NCBI GenBank assembly: GCA_043228905.1
Contig: JBHGNT010000004.1
Coordinates: 3,720,001-3,784,000 of the forward strand
Source: Azolla caroliniana
Taxonomy: Eukaryota; Plantae; Polypodiophyta
Reading direction: 5' to 3'
DNA length: 64,000 bases
Part shown: positions 1 to 13,866 of the stretch, in pieces
Numbering within the stretch: the first letter of the stretch is position 1
Layout of the letters: each line of letters starts with the position of its first letter
The notes under the pieces: generated by a model
Told to the model about the DNA's origin: nothing
The model's database searches: none
The model's input: the letters and a program-made list of their open reading frames with translations, nothing else
Position numbers and translations under genes: made by a program

Positions 1-325
1 TTTAGAAAAAGCATGAAGCTATGCTTAGCCTCTGCCATCCTTATATAAGGAGGAGAGAGATATATATGGGGTTGTTGATTATTTTACAAGGATTGGTCAA
101 TCTAATATATTCGTGGGATTCACGAGTTTATCATCAAAATTCTCTTTCTTACAATCTAAATATTGATTAAATACACTAAACACGTGGGATTCACAAGTTT
201 TATTTCTTACTTCTCTTTCTACCTATTCATAACTAGCCTTATATTGTATTCTTCTTTCTCCTAGTCCAAAACCTCAATGGTTCCCACCCGACTCATGCAA
301 CGATCTGGAGCCGAAAGGCACGACA
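1..325 (+). mobile_element. 3' part of an LTR (Trp-primed gypsy lineage; same family as LTR 38027-38783) inserted in host gag
   Basis: Ends ...GGCACGACA. Bases ~255-325 match the reverse complement of 38027-38100. TATA at ~42. No PBS follows, so it is a solo or 3' LTR; host gag resumes at 326. Confidence 0.8.
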
Positions 326-2857
326 GCACGTTCGAGTCCTTCAAACAATTAACTACCAGATTCATACAATTGTTTCATCGACAGATCTCGCAAAGAGATC
401 AGATTGGTCAGTTCTATGCAACATATCAGGAACAACATGAAACAATGTCAAAATTTGTGATTTGTTTTCAAAATTTACAACTTCAAATCTCGAAGACAAT
501 TCTAGATGAAGAATTAAAGGATATATTCCTCGAAGCAATTTGGGAACCTCTTTGAACAACTCTAGCAGCGTTCGATTTTCGAAATCAATCAATCGATCAG
601 GTGATTGATAAGGCATTAGTTATGAATCAGACACACAAAAATAAGAATAGTATGAATATGTCCGCACTACATAATAAATTACCAACATTGGAAGGGCTCC
701 GATTTCGGCAAGCGGTTCAGTGTACGACTTGCCTGAACACTGGACATTCGACAATGGAATCCAGTCTACGTACCCACTGTACGATATGTCATTCTAAAGC
801 TTATTCTGTCGAGCAATGTGAATATAATTTGCTTAACAAAAAACCAGCCTCAGTTCGACAAATTTATCTTGAAAATTCTTATAAGGAGAACAGGAATAAA
901 TCAACTAATCGATCACAAGAGGATGATTGTTATGAGGATAAATATCACTCGGATCAGCAGGATTGTGATGACAATTGAAGAAATGATAAAGATCCTAGAC
1001 GAGATGAGTATCAGCGTAACGACTCTTATGATTCATGACGGGATGAAGATCGGTAGAGCTATCATCGCCGTGATGGTTGGAATAATGACCATGATTATTC
1101 ACCTCAAAGAGATCATGGTAACTGACAACAATATGGAGGAGGTCATTATCACGAAGACAAAAAGACTAATAATTTTCAGCGGGCAGATGATAATCATCAA
1201 GGAAATCGATGGTTCAATGATAACAAGAAGCCCAAGGGGTCTTGGCAATTTCAACATGAGACTCGGGAGAGAAAAATTCCGATTTGCAGGATGTTCGGCG
1301 TCCTCAATATGAAACTAGTGAATCAAGTGGTTCATCGGTACCGAATTGTTACACATGCAGGAAAGATGGTCATTATGCAAATCAATATCCGACAAGGGAA
1401 AAAGGGAAGGCGCCAACCGTCAATATGGTTGTGCCCGAAATTCAACAAGTGACCACTCGAAGCAAAGGAAAACAATCGGAGTGGGAAGTGCAAGAAGCTG
1501 TTTGAAAAGCCGCTAAGGAATGGGTGGAAGAAGCTAATAAAAATAAGGTCGCCTATATGATGCAGATAATAAGATATCAAATAAGGGGCAACCTACTCCT
1601 CAGTCCGAACAGTTACCGATCCATGAGCAGGAGGAACCCTGAAGATTTTGGCGGATTGCCAAGTCTCATTACCTTTGGTAGGATTACGAAAGTTAGTACC
1701 CTGTTTTACAAAAAAGGTGGCAACTCTTATTGCACAAAAAGATGCAGAGCAAGTATCGGTCAATTATAGTCATCCAAGCAATGGTTCGACAGTCATGGAT
1801 GACCAAAGTGCTTCAATAAAGGTGATAATTCGGGGTCAAGAAGTAGTCGGGACTATTGTCAACGGTGGGTCAGGGGTCAATGTCATCAACAAGACCACCT
1901 ATGATAAGCTTGGAATTACCAAGTGGGATGCATATGGTTAAGGATGGCCGATACAAGCACAATTAGGCCACTCACGCTAATTCGACAATTGGATGTCATT
2001 CTCGGGGGTCACAATTTTTAGATATCAACAGTAGTGCTTCATCTGGATGCTCGTGGAGCATATTCATTATTGTTAGGCCGACCATGGTTAAAAATGGCTA
2101 ATGTTAAGAAAAATTGGAACAAGAATGTGCTAACATTTAGAAAGGGAAAAACTAAAATTCGGATATCAACTCAGGACAAAGTCAACACAACTCGTCAATG
2201 TCTACCAGTCCATGCAGAGTCAGTCAATATGATGGGAGGACTAGATGAAGTAGAGGAAGATCAATATTTTAACGACAACCCAAAGATCATTCCACTCTTT
2301 GAAATTGACATTTTGCAGACGCTCACTACTTATATAGAAGACAAGGAAGATAAAATTCCGGTGGATGAGCGGACATTAAAAGAGATTCGACTATAGCAGG
2401 AAACCACAAAAAAGGAAATGAAGGGGTCTCAGAGAGTACAAGCATTGACACTTGAAGAACTGAATTTAGCCGATGCCAACGCCGAGGCTGGACCTGGTCA
2501 TTTGAAGATATGAAAGGGTTAGATCCAACATTTTGTCAGTATCAAAAATTACTCAAGGATGCAAAGCCTGTGGAACAATGTCGCTACCAAACTATGCGGT
2601 GAAGGTCAAAGAAGAAATCGACAAATTACTCAGGGTCGGATTTATCTGACCAATGAAAAAGGAAACTTTGGCTAAGTCTGATTGTAGTGGTGCCTAAGAA
2701 AATGGTAAAATTTGGGTGTGTGTCGATTATAGGAAACTCAATGTAGCTATAGTAACGGACGCATTTCCGTTACCATTTACGGATGGCATTCTAGATGAAG
2801 TAACAAGACATGAGATTTAGAGTTTTCTTGATGGTTTCAGTGGTTATAATCAAGTTT

Positions 2858-3012
2858 GTATGCATTTGGAAGATCAAGAAAAGACAACTTTCATAACAGA
2901 ATGAGGAGTCCTTGTTGCAGTTGTCATGATGTTCGTATGCATTCCGAAGATCAAGAAAAGACAACTTTCATAACAGAATGAGGAGTTCTTGTTGCAGTTG
3001 TCATGATGTTCG
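2858..3012 (+). repeat. 77-bp tandem duplication inside host RT
   Basis: GTATGCATT..GATGTTCG occurs at 2858 and 2935; both copies carry the same TGA. Confidence 0.9.
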
Positions 3013-4274
3013 GATTAAAAACGGCTCCTACAACATTTCAAAAGGTAATTCAGGAAATTTTTAATGACTATATCCTTGCATTTATGCAAGTCTTTCTAGA
3101 TGATTTCGCGGACTATAGTCGAGAGACTGAACACTTCGAACATTTAAGGCTATGCCTAGAACGGTGTTGACAAGGTCAACTTAGTCTCAATCCAGCCAAA
3201 TGTGCATTCGGAGTAACAAGCGAGGCATTGTTAGGACATGTACTAAGTCAGTACGACATTGCAATCGATCCTAACAAAGTGAAGGCAATAATGGAAGCAC
3301 CAACACCGACCAATCCAAAGGCTCTCAATCGGTTTTTGGGTCAAATTAGATCCAGGCATAGTCGGATGATTCGTTATCTTGCCGATGTGGCAATGCCACT
3401 TCAAACAACAGCGCATAAAACACCTTTCTAATGGACAACAGTGGAACAAGATGCTTATGATTGCCTCAAGAAAATGCTTACTAAAGTACCTGTGGTACAA
3501 CCTCTCGACTGGGAGAAACCTTTTCACGTCTTTGTCGATGCGTCAGATGTAGCAATTGGCAATGCCTTAATGCAGTTGTCAGAGCCGAACTGGTATAGGC
3601 CAGTATACTACGCTGTCGTGAAGATTTTCGGCAATAGTGTGAAAATCCCATAAAACGTACAAAATCGAGTATGAATCACATAATACAATAATTGTGAAGA
3701 TAACATTTTATATAAATTTAATATCTAAGTACAAAATGATGGAGGTTTCGAATGCACTTTATTACACGAGAAACAAACAACTAAATGTCAAGATATGAGG
3801 GTATAAAGTTTGTGAAAGGAAAAGAGAAAATTGTGAGATATCCCACATAGGCACGACAAATACGGCTCTCATCATATATAAGGTAGAGCAAAAGATATTA
3901 TCTTTGTGTCTATGTGTGGAGCATAGAGAGTTCAAGGTAACTTGAACTAAGAGTGGAGGTGGGCTAGCTACTCGTAAAGGGTTTTGGCCAACCAAAACCG
4001 AACCGGCGATGGAGCCGGTGATCCGGCGGCATCCGGCGCTAGTGAGACACCGGCATCCGACGACGGCGAGGTGACGGTATCCGGCGGCATCCGGAGACAG
4101 CATCTGGCGCCAGTGAGACACTGGCATCCGATGGCAATCCGACGATGGCGAGATGACGGTATCCGACGCCATCCGACGCCGGTGAGACGACGACATCTGG
4201 CGAGGCACCGGTAACCGACGGCATCTGACGACGGCACCAAAGATCGGTCCAATTCCTAACGGTGCGAGCCAATC

Positions 4275-7200
4275 ATGAAAGGAATCGAGATAGTCTCGGA
4301 GGCGAATCCTCGGATTTTTAGAGCATGGGGCACAAATAGTCCGAGCAATCACAAGACCCCACAAGAAAGAAGAGTGCGTGGATTGCGAGGAGAAGCAACA
4401 TGTGTCACACCTAGTGGCGCATGTAAACTAGTACTACCCGACAAGAAGCACAAGCGCCAGATACAAGAATTCGAGAAGATGCTGAAAGAAGAAAACATAA
4501 TAGAAGAAGGAGAGTTTGTGACTCATATTATGGAAGAAGCCTCATTTAACGACACCATCGGCGAAATCGAGGACGTCGTGGACTTGAGCTATCTTCACAA
4601 CCAACGCGTGATTTCGGTTAACTCTATCAACATGTACGCTATCATCGATGAATACCGTCGTGGCATCTCGATGAAGGAAGCTGACATCAACACGAAATAT
4701 AAAACGGTGGATAAGAAGATCAAGCCAGTTGCGGCTCCGCTACCGGAAGATAGCTGGCAAAAGATGAAGGAAGTCGCTAACGATCCAAGCTTAAGAGATC
4801 CGAAGAAGATAGGTCATGTCTTCACCAAAGAGACGAAGGGGAAGCTACGAGTTGGAAAGGAGGATTTCCTTCTCCCTAAAGAGGAGCGAATGTTTCGTGA
4901 TATGCTTGAGAGACATGGGAAGGCTTTCGCATTCTTCCCACGAGAAATCGGATGCGCCGACCCAAAGGTTATAGAGCCGATGGTGATCTTCACGGTGCCT
5001 CATGTGCCTTGGAATTTGAAACCGAATACCGGTTCCGAGAGCACACCTTCCGAAGTTGATCGAGCTCTTAAAGGAGAAGGTGAGTATGGGAATTCTAGAA
5101 CCGTCGAATGCTCCTTATTCCAATAGGTGGTTCATGGTGCTCAAGAAGAATGGATCATTGCAATTCATCCAAGATCTCCAACCCGTCAACAAGGTGACAA
5201 TCGAAATGCCGGAATCGGTCCGAGCGTGGACGAATTTGCCGAAGTGTTTGCGGACCGGTCCATCTACTCCATTGGCGATCTCTACTCCGGATATGACCAA
5301 TTCCAATTGGCGATCGACAGTCGGGACATTACAACCATGAGGACTCCGATCGGGCTTGTGTGGATGTGTACCTTACCCCAAGGCGCAACGAACTCGGTGG
5401 CTCATATGGTGAATGCCATGAATAAAGTCTTGAAGGATTGCATTCCGGACATCACGATGCCATTCTTGGATGATATTCCGATAAAAAGATGTTCGGATGA
5501 GGAGAAAGATGAATCGAAAGATAAGGAAGGTTGTAGAAAGTTCGTTGCGGATCATATGAAAGATTGCGAGAAGGTGCTTCAAAGGCTCGAAGATGCGAAT
5601 TTGACATTTTCGGGAGAAAAATCCGCATTCGGGCAACCAGAGATCTTGGTGGTAGGTCACTTGTGTGGAGCATACGGCCGGAAGCCCTCGCCATCCAAAG
5701 ACATGAAAGAAGAATGCGAAAACCAAACGGAGGTTCGAAGGTTCCTTGGAGCGTGCGCGTTTTATCATATATGGATTCCTCACCACGCTCATGTCACTGA
5801 ACCGTTATATGGACTACTAAAGAAAAGAATGAAGTTCGAATGGCAACACGAGCACACAAATGTGATGCGAAGATTAAAGAAACTGCTTCTTGAAGCTCCG
5901 GCACTAAGGAAGGCCAACTATGCCGAAGGGAAACCAATTTACGTGACCGTAGATACGAGCCCAACCGGAATCAGGTGGGTCATCAATCAAGAAGGTGAAG
6001 ATAATGTGCGATATGCCGTTCGGTTCGTAGCAAAGGTTCTCAGCGAATGGCAACAAAGATATGCCCAAGTCAAGCGGGAACTTTGGGGTATTGTGTCGGC
6101 AGTGAAGACGGACAAAGATTACCTGATCGGGTCAGAAGTGATAATAGAGACAGATTGTCTCCCAATTCTCGGAATGGTCTCGGGATGTGCGACCCCAGAT
6201 CTTGCTATGCTAAGGTGGATCGCCTACATCAAGTCTTTAAACCCAGAGATCCGTCAAATTGCAGGGAAGAAGAACGCCATGGCTGACATGCTGTCGAGGG
6301 CAAGATTTTCAAATGGAAGTAACATGGTTTCGGAAGATGAAGATGTCGCCCTCGACTTCTTCAAGATGGCTCGATTGTCGGCGGAAGACCAGGACACGCA
6401 AACCCTCCATGCCTTCAACGAGAACGAGTACGAAGGAGAGTGGTTACTCATTGGTAGATTCCTAAGAACATTGACGACAGATGCTTCGTTGACAAAGGAG
6501 GAGGCCCTACGAATCCGAAAGAAAGCTTACAGATACTTCTTTAAGGGAGGATTCCTTTGGCGACATCCAAAAAGAATGACAGGAATACCACGTCGAGTGG
6601 TGGTAAAGAAAGAAGAGCAAGAGACGCTGATGACCGAATTCCACGAGAGTGCTTGGGCAGGTCATAGAGGAACATGGGCGACGTTCGAAAAGTTGAAGGA
6701 GAAGTACTGGTGGCCAAGCATGTACAAAGATGTACTCCATTTCGTGTCCACATGCGAAACTTGCCAAATATATTCAAATATACGTCATCGTGATGAGTTA
6801 CAGCCGATATACCCACTCACCATACACGTCAAATGGATGGTGGATCTGGTCTCGATGCTAATGGGAGTGGGACAAATGAAGTACTTAGCACTGGCAAGGG
6901 AAGACTTGACAAATCAAGTGGAAGGATGAGCCTTGACAAATAAGACGACTTCAGCCGTTTGCAAATTTCTGCTCGAAGAGATTGTTTTCCGATATGGATG
7001 TGTACGGAAGATAGTGGCCGACCGAGGGGAGTTGGACGCGCACGAAGCGACGGAGCTCTTCGAAAGACTAGGCGTGAAGCTCTCCCTCACGACTGCCTAC
7101 AATCCGGAAGCGAATGGGAAGATCGAGTGAGGGCATGGACCTATCGTTAAAGCCATCGTACGGGCATGCAACAGTCGAGTCGGGAATTGGCCACGACTAT

Positions 7201-7770
7201 TACCCTATGCCTTGTGGGCTGATAGAACGACACATAGCTCGGTGACAGGGTATATGCCGACGGAGCTTATGTATGGACAAAAGCCGATTATGCCCATCGA
7301 AAGGACGATCGCCTCATGGGTAGCGATACCGTGGGAGAACGAGATGAGCCGAGAAGAGTTATTAGTGGCGCGGATAAGGCAACTTGAAAGAAGACCTGAA
7401 GATTTAGAAAAAGCGTGAAAGATGATGGAGGCAGCCCGAGTAAAGAACAAAGTTCGGTTCGACAACACGCATCGACTTCGTCCTAAGAAGGGGATTGGGT
7501 TTTGGTTTACGACAACACCCTTGACAATCAACACAGTACAACAAGGAAGTTCGCAAGAAGATGGTTCAGGTCGTATGTGGTGACAAGTGCCAACGATAAT
7601 GCCACATACCACCTTACGGAACTAGACGGATCAAGGTTGGCCCCGTACCCATTGCGGGAAAAAGAGTAAAGATTTTCAAGAAAAGACAAGACAAGGATCC
7701 TGACCTCGATCACCTCGACGATGAACATAATAGGGCGGATGTAAATGAAGACATGGAGGAATCTAATTGA
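4275..7770 (+). pseudogene. pol (RT-RNase H-integrase) of element A, frameshifted
   Basis: DLYSGYDQ, LPQGATNS, PFLDD (RT); VDTSPTG (RNase H); HRG..CETC, TTAYNPEANGKIE (integrase). Split over ORFs 4275-5126, 5056-5340, 5127-6929 and 6933 onward. Confidence 0.92.
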
Positions 7771-8512
7771 TCACCGTAGCCGAAATCTCACTTTCTCTCT
7801 TCTTGGCACGTACTGGAGGACGTGCGGTTTGGTGGGGGTGGATGTCGTGAAGATTTTCGGCAATAGTGTGAAAATCCCATAAAACGTACAAAATCGAGTA
7901 TGAATCACATAATACAATAATTGTGAAGATAACATTTTAAATAAATTTAATATCTAAGTACAAAATGATGGAGGTTTCGAATGCACTTTATTACACGAGA
8001 AACGGACAACTAAATGTCAAGATATGAGGGTATAAAGTTTGTGAAAGGAAAAGAGAAAATTGTGAGATATCCCACATAGGCACGACAAATACGGCTCTCA
8101 TCATATATAAGGTAGAGCAAAAGATATTATCTTTGTGTCTATGTGTGGAGTATAGAGAGTTCAAGGTAACTTGAACTAAGAGTGGAGGTGGGCTAGCTAC
8201 TCATAAAGGGTTTTGGCCAACCAAAACCGAACCGGCGATGGAGCCGGTGATCCAGCGCAAGTGAGACACCGGCATCCGGCGGCAATCCGGCGACGGCGAG
8301 GTGACGGTATCCGACGCCATCCGGCGCTAGTGAGACACCGGCATCCGACGGCAATCCGGCGACGGCGAGGTGACGGTATCCGGCAGCGGCAACGGTATCC
8401 GGCGACAACCGGCGACAACGAGGTGACGGCATCCGACGCCAGTAAGGCGACAACATCCGGCGACTAGATAAATAAATATATAAATATATATACATATATA
8501 CATATACAAGGA

Positions 8513-8580
8513 GGGAAAGTAAGGATTCGAACCTTACACCTCCGAGTTAAAAGTCAATTGGCTTACCATTAAGCCATGCC
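8513..8580 (-). other. tRNA-derived module (Pol III A and B boxes) in U3 of the element A LTR
   Basis: Minus strand TGGCTTAATGGTAAGCCA..CTTTTAA..GTAAGGTTCGAATCCTTAC: paired D-like and T arms, Lys(UUU)-like loop, no acceptor stem. Confidence 0.75.
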
Positions 8581-11500
8581 ATTTAGTTGAATTTATATTT
8601 CTATCATTGTACTTTTACATGTAAATTCTCATACATGAGAGCTAAAATGAGTGACATGGTTATCATGCACCACATGTAATACATAAGCGCCAAATGGCAA
8701 ACATGCATTTTATGCATGTCTTGTACCCTCACATGCATCATATGCATGAGAGCATCTATAAAAGAAGGAAGGGGGAGGAGAAAAAACGTGTTCTTTTTTT
8801 TGGTTATGAAATTAAGAGGAAGAAATTCGTTATCAAATTGATCGTGTAACTTGTTTCTTAAATCCAAAGATAAAAGTTCAATCAATCTCTCTCAATCGTT
8901 TAATCTCAACTTCTCTCTTTCCCAATCTATCTTAAGTACTTTCTCGCTAAAGCTTGCGCCAAAGCTTGTACCGACTTTGAATCCTTCCAGTCCAGAACCC
9001 CGACGGTTCCGCCTCACAATCCGCGCGTAGTGACGGATCTTCACGACAACGCGAGTCGGAAACTTTCCACTACCGAGCGAGAAGCTTTGAGGATGATTTA
9101 TAGCATCAATAAATTCCGACGCTACCTATTGGGACGGAAATTTACATTTCACATCAATCACTCAGCCTTGCTATATTTAGTATTGAAGCAGGAACTCATA
9201 GGTAAACTAGCAAGATGGACATTGCTGCTGCAGGAATTCGAATTTGACATTCTTCATAGACCAGGGGTGGAACATGCAATTGCTGATTACCTTAGTCAAC
9301 CGTATTCGGGAGAAGAGGGAACAAGAGTTAAAGACGATTTTCCCGACGCTCAACTTTTTCAAGTCGGTACAGTAGCAGCCACAGAGATGGGTGAGGACAC
9401 AATGGATGCATGGATTACAGAAATGACAAGTTTTCTTAGTACAGGACTATCACCCGACAATATGTCTCTAGATGAAAGGAAGTGATTAGTCATAATAAGT
9501 CAGAATTTCTATCTACTAAATGACATACTATACCATAAAGGGGCTGATGGCATATGGCAGCATGCGGTACAACAATTTGAGAAAGAAGCAATTTTACGGG
9601 AAACCCACTGCGGTATAGCCGGAGGGCATTTCGTGGGAGAAGCAACGGCTAGGAAAATATGGAGTAGTGGCCTGTGGTGGCCAACAACTACTAAAGATGT
9701 AGTCATGTATTGCAGACAATGTGACTTGTGTCAACGAATCGGTCAACCGACAGAAAAAGATAGGATGCCTTTTTAGCCAGTATTACTATTAGAACCCTTC
9801 CAAAAATGGGGTATGGACTTTGATGGACCATTTAAACCAACATCTATCAGGACTGGCAATCAATATATTATAGTAGCTACATACGATATTGATAGCCAAA
9901 TTTCTCTACGAAAACATATGGTGTCGTTTCAGGTGCGGAATTGAAGTAGTCAATGATCAAAGCATTCATTTCATTAATAAAATAGTACATGAATTATCTA
10001 CATATTATGCAATAGTGCACAAAAAGAGTACTCCATACTATGCTCAAGCCAATGGATTAGCAGAGTCTACAAACAAAATCCTTCAAATGATTTTAAGGAA
10101 AATAGTTAATGAAAATAGAACTGATTGGGATCAGAAATTAAATAGTGTTTTATGGGCCTATTGCACTTCATACAAAATAGTCATCAAATCGACTCCATTT
10201 AGAATGGCATTCGGGTAGATGCGGTAATGCCAGTAGAATTCCAAGTTCCAACTCTACGTGTAAAAGTCACTGAAAGATTGGATGAAGAGCAATCAGAATG
10301 AGTTTGAAAAGAACAATTGCTTCGGTTACAAGAAAATCGGTTGCAGGCGATGTGTGGACTAGAGCAAAAACAGAGGCAGATAAGGGCATTTGTTGACCAA
10401 CACCGAAAACAAAAAGAAAAGATGTTGGCGATTGGTAAGCCTGTACTAGTCTTCCAAATGAAGATGGGTTCAATGCCTGACAAACTTCGATTTCGATGGA
10501 TGGGGCCATTTTGGATAATTGACACTCTCAGGAGAAATCATGCCGAAATGGGTAAATGGTTTTCGACTAAAACCATATAAGGGATCAATGCCAACAAATC
10601 CATTTCAAGTCAAAGTCGGAGTCGACACCGACAATCAACCAATAATGTAAATATTATTAGTATAAAAATAAAAATAAAAAGATAACAGAAAATTAGTCTT
10701 GGCAAATAGATAAAAGAAATAACAGAAAAAGCATGATGACTTCTTGGCATGGTCTTTTTTAGACTGTATATGGACGAGCCACAAAATCATGAAACATTCA
10801 TTACGAGTGTTGGAGCTATTATTACTATATTCGTACTATCATTGTCATAAATAATATATTCTCTTTTCCTCAAAAAATGAAACGCCTATTTTCTCAAAAC
10901 CCCACCTTCCCACTTTCTGTCTCACATAGACAGAAAAATTGTAGAGCGCACAATATACACACATTTCACTCATCTACTCTCTGCACACAATTATATTCGA
11001 AGCCGTGCTACAACTCACCATCGCTCAACAGTTCAGACATCTCTCAAGAAGACAACATGTGAATTCCTATATCAGATAGGTTGCGACAGTGGCTACGCAA
11101 CAATGGATTAGAAGGGTATTTGTAGGTTGCAGATGCCGAACCACATCCACGCTCCACCAAAATAGTGCATCCAAAATCGATGTAGCCAATGTCATTAACA
11201 AACAGGTACGCCAATTTCTCAACCTTAAACACAAAGGATTTGATGCCATAGAAAAGATTAAACCGAAAATACTACAATCGTATGTTGGGGATTATTCGCC
11301 ATCGACCAAAGCCTACAAAACACAAGGCAGCAGAGACGAATTTTTTCAAGAGGTCGCCAAATTTCTATTAGAAGTCATTTTTGTGAGTCCCTGATTCTAT
11401 TTTATGCCCAAACAAAGGGCAAGATTCATTATATCCACATACGAAAGGGAGAAATTCTACTGGGGACACTCTCAACGATCAACTCAAAGGCATTCAAAGT

Positions 11501-11789
11501 GGTAAACCTACGAAGCCTATATTTGGAAGATGGCTTACAGTGCTCTGCCCGATAACGAGTTCGGAAAATCGGCGTAACACCCCAAGAACCGAGGGGCAAC
11601 TAGTGCAACAGGCTACATCAAGGGCCCGACGAGAAGTGTCAATGGAAGAATGGGAGGAACCGGAGTCGACGCTTGTCGACACCCAACAGTTGGAATCCCT
11701 TCGACAACCGGAGCAACACCAAGAGTGGATACCAACACCCACCCCAACAATAGTAGCAAAGTTGACTCCTAATCAACCTCCACAACCGG

Positions 11790-12214
11790 TGTTGTGAAGG
11801 ATTCTGGCCACAGAGGGAAATGGAGCGAGACACGCGGGAATGGGTGTCTACACGGATGTACCAAGTTTAGCCTTTATGTGTGAAACATTTAATAACATAG
11901 GACTAGTAATTACTAGGTAGTAGGGTTTAATGGGCACTTTAAAGACCCACACAGATAGAGAGGAATGTGGGAGTTTGGCGTGAGGGAATCAAGGAAAATC
12001 TTTGTCGGAAGCAATTGACTTAACTACCTAATGTAACTCACTCACTCACTCTTCCTGTCTTGTGTTGTCGGATTGAGCACCGAGTTCTCTACCTCTCACT
12101 CACTCACTCTCTCTTCTCGTCTTGTGCTCTACACCGTTTCGAGCAAGGAGAGGAAGTCTCTGCTCGTGCTGGCGGCCTGTGTGCTCCTGACCAGAGATTC
12201 TTTGTCCTGTCTCC

Positions 12215-12248
<34 letters not shown>

Positions 12249-12675
12249 CCTAAGAGCACTAAGCGTTGTTGCCAACCGCGCCGGTTGTACTCTTTGGATT
12301 CTCTATTAATCATTCGTTTGTTGAGTCCCCTTTGTTTGGTTTTCTGTGTGGCTCCTACTTGTCGTGTGTTGGCTGTGCTCTTAGCTCATGTCTTATTCCT
12401 ATCCTAAATCTGTTGTGTGCGCGTACGAGTCCGCGAGCCTATGCGCTTACCGCTACTCCCCGGCATCTTGATCGGGGAAAGATACACTCCCTCAGGCCAG
12501 TGAGTTGCTCCGCTATGATCCAGGTACCGTTCCGTATCTGATACGCGACCGGGGAAAGAACCAATGTAGCTATCTAGACTGTGACACGATCCTCCCTTCC
12601 CCCTATTCTAACTCCTTGGTCCGAGATCCCGGTGGTCCCGTCCTATTTGTCGCATCCACCCGGAAAACCGCGACA
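11790..12675 (+). mobile_element. Solo LTR (886 bp), TGTCG..CGACA-type gypsy lineage
   Basis: Ends TGTTGTG..CGCGACA; 4-bp TSD CCGG; host frame restored on removal. Strand is inferred. Confidence 0.85.
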
Positions 12676-13866
12676 CCGGTGCAGGAACAGAATCAGACAT
12701 CGTCGCTGGTTAAAAATTCGATTCCGACACCAACAATCGAACGAACAGGGAGAATGAAGCAAAAATCTTGGTGAGATTCACAACCTGATAAAGAGGCACC
12801 GCTTGCTAAACGACCGAGAATAGAGTCGTAGCAGCAAATGGCAAAGGAGGAAAGATGTGTCAAGTACAGAAAGGAAAGTCATCATCGATGATGCCAAGAG
12901 AAGTATTAGGCCTACCTGATCTTCCATCAGCAACACATGAATTGGCGGCCATTTTACAGTTCGGCACATTTTATGAACTAGTCCAATGTCTTGCTCAACA
13001 CTTGGAGGAAGTATCATGATTGTTGCACCAAGAACACAAGGATCGTGTTATGATCTAGAAATCACTTATCGGCATTATCGAACCTGAGGAACAATAAGAG
13101 ATTGATCGAATCGGCCGACAACGGAATGCCAATAATCGAGGTGAGGCGATTGAAATGCCTCCCTTACATACAACACTCGTTGAAGTGCACAGAGAATATG
13201 ATTTAGGGAAAATAGGGCAGCCAAAGACATGGATGAAGCATACAAGAGAGCCACGACGGCAACCGATCGACTATGAGAACAATGTGCAAAAAGCCATGCC
13301 GACAATGCCGACTTGTCGGGAAAACTCCTACAAACAAAAGAAAAACTTAAAGAAGCGGAAGATCAGTTTTAGATACAACCATTGCCTAATAGGTCCCAAG
13401 ATCAACAATTTTACGAATGGCTGAAAGAAGCCGAGAAGAAGGTGGAGGACGCGACCGCCAGAGCCACCACAAAAGAACAGAGCCTCCAAAAATTAGAAGA
13501 CCGAAATAAGTGGCTAAAACCGAAATAAGTAAATGGTTAGATGCTAAGGATGATGTCATCCAACGGTTATAGCAGAGGTTGGCACAACAGCAGGACAAAA
13601 CCAAACAACAAGAAATAAAAGTTCAGGAGCTGGAGGAGTATATTCGAATACAAGAGGACTATTTCGCGAAGCGGATAACCAAGACAGAACTCCAAACAGC
13701 TGACATAAGGGAGGCGCATGAAAAAGAAAAAGAACGTCTCAATTTGGTGAATGTTGATTTAACAAGAATTTGCATTGAATTGGAAGTAAAATATGAGGGA
13801 AAATGACTAGAGTTGTTGGTAGCAGAGACTAAATTAATAACAGAACAAGTGTTGGCCGAAGCATGT

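Larger units (their letters stand above)
3614..9048 (+). mobile_element. Element A: Ty3/gypsy LTR retrotransposon, 5' LTR truncated, gag and most of PR deleted
   Basis: TGTCGTG start at 3614. 3' LTR 7843-9048 ends CACGACA. PPT GGTGGGGGTGGA 7831-7842. 4-bp TSD ACGC; removing the element restores the host RNase H frame. 5' LTR remnant 3614-~4237. Confidence 0.95.
326..10580 (+). pseudogene. Degenerate gag-pol of an Athila/Tat-like (non-chromovirus) Ty3/gypsy element, interrupted by element A
   Basis: Zn knuckle CYTCRKDGHYANQ (~1345), protease IVNGGSGVNVI (~1860), RT FLDGFSGYNQ (~2825), RNase H FVDASDVAIG (~3530) resuming YYA|SRKLS at 9049, integrase THCGIAGGHF/STPYYAQANGLAE. Many stops and frameshifts. 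Confidence 0.9.

Noticed and set aside
3762-4364. Arg/Ala-rich ORFs in the element A LTRs (also 8193-8509)
   Set aside because: Stop-poor GC minisatellite; not conserved between the two LTRs.
8513-8580. Functional tRNA-Lys gene
   Set aside because: No acceptor stem and a weak anticodon stem; reported only as a tRNA-derived module.
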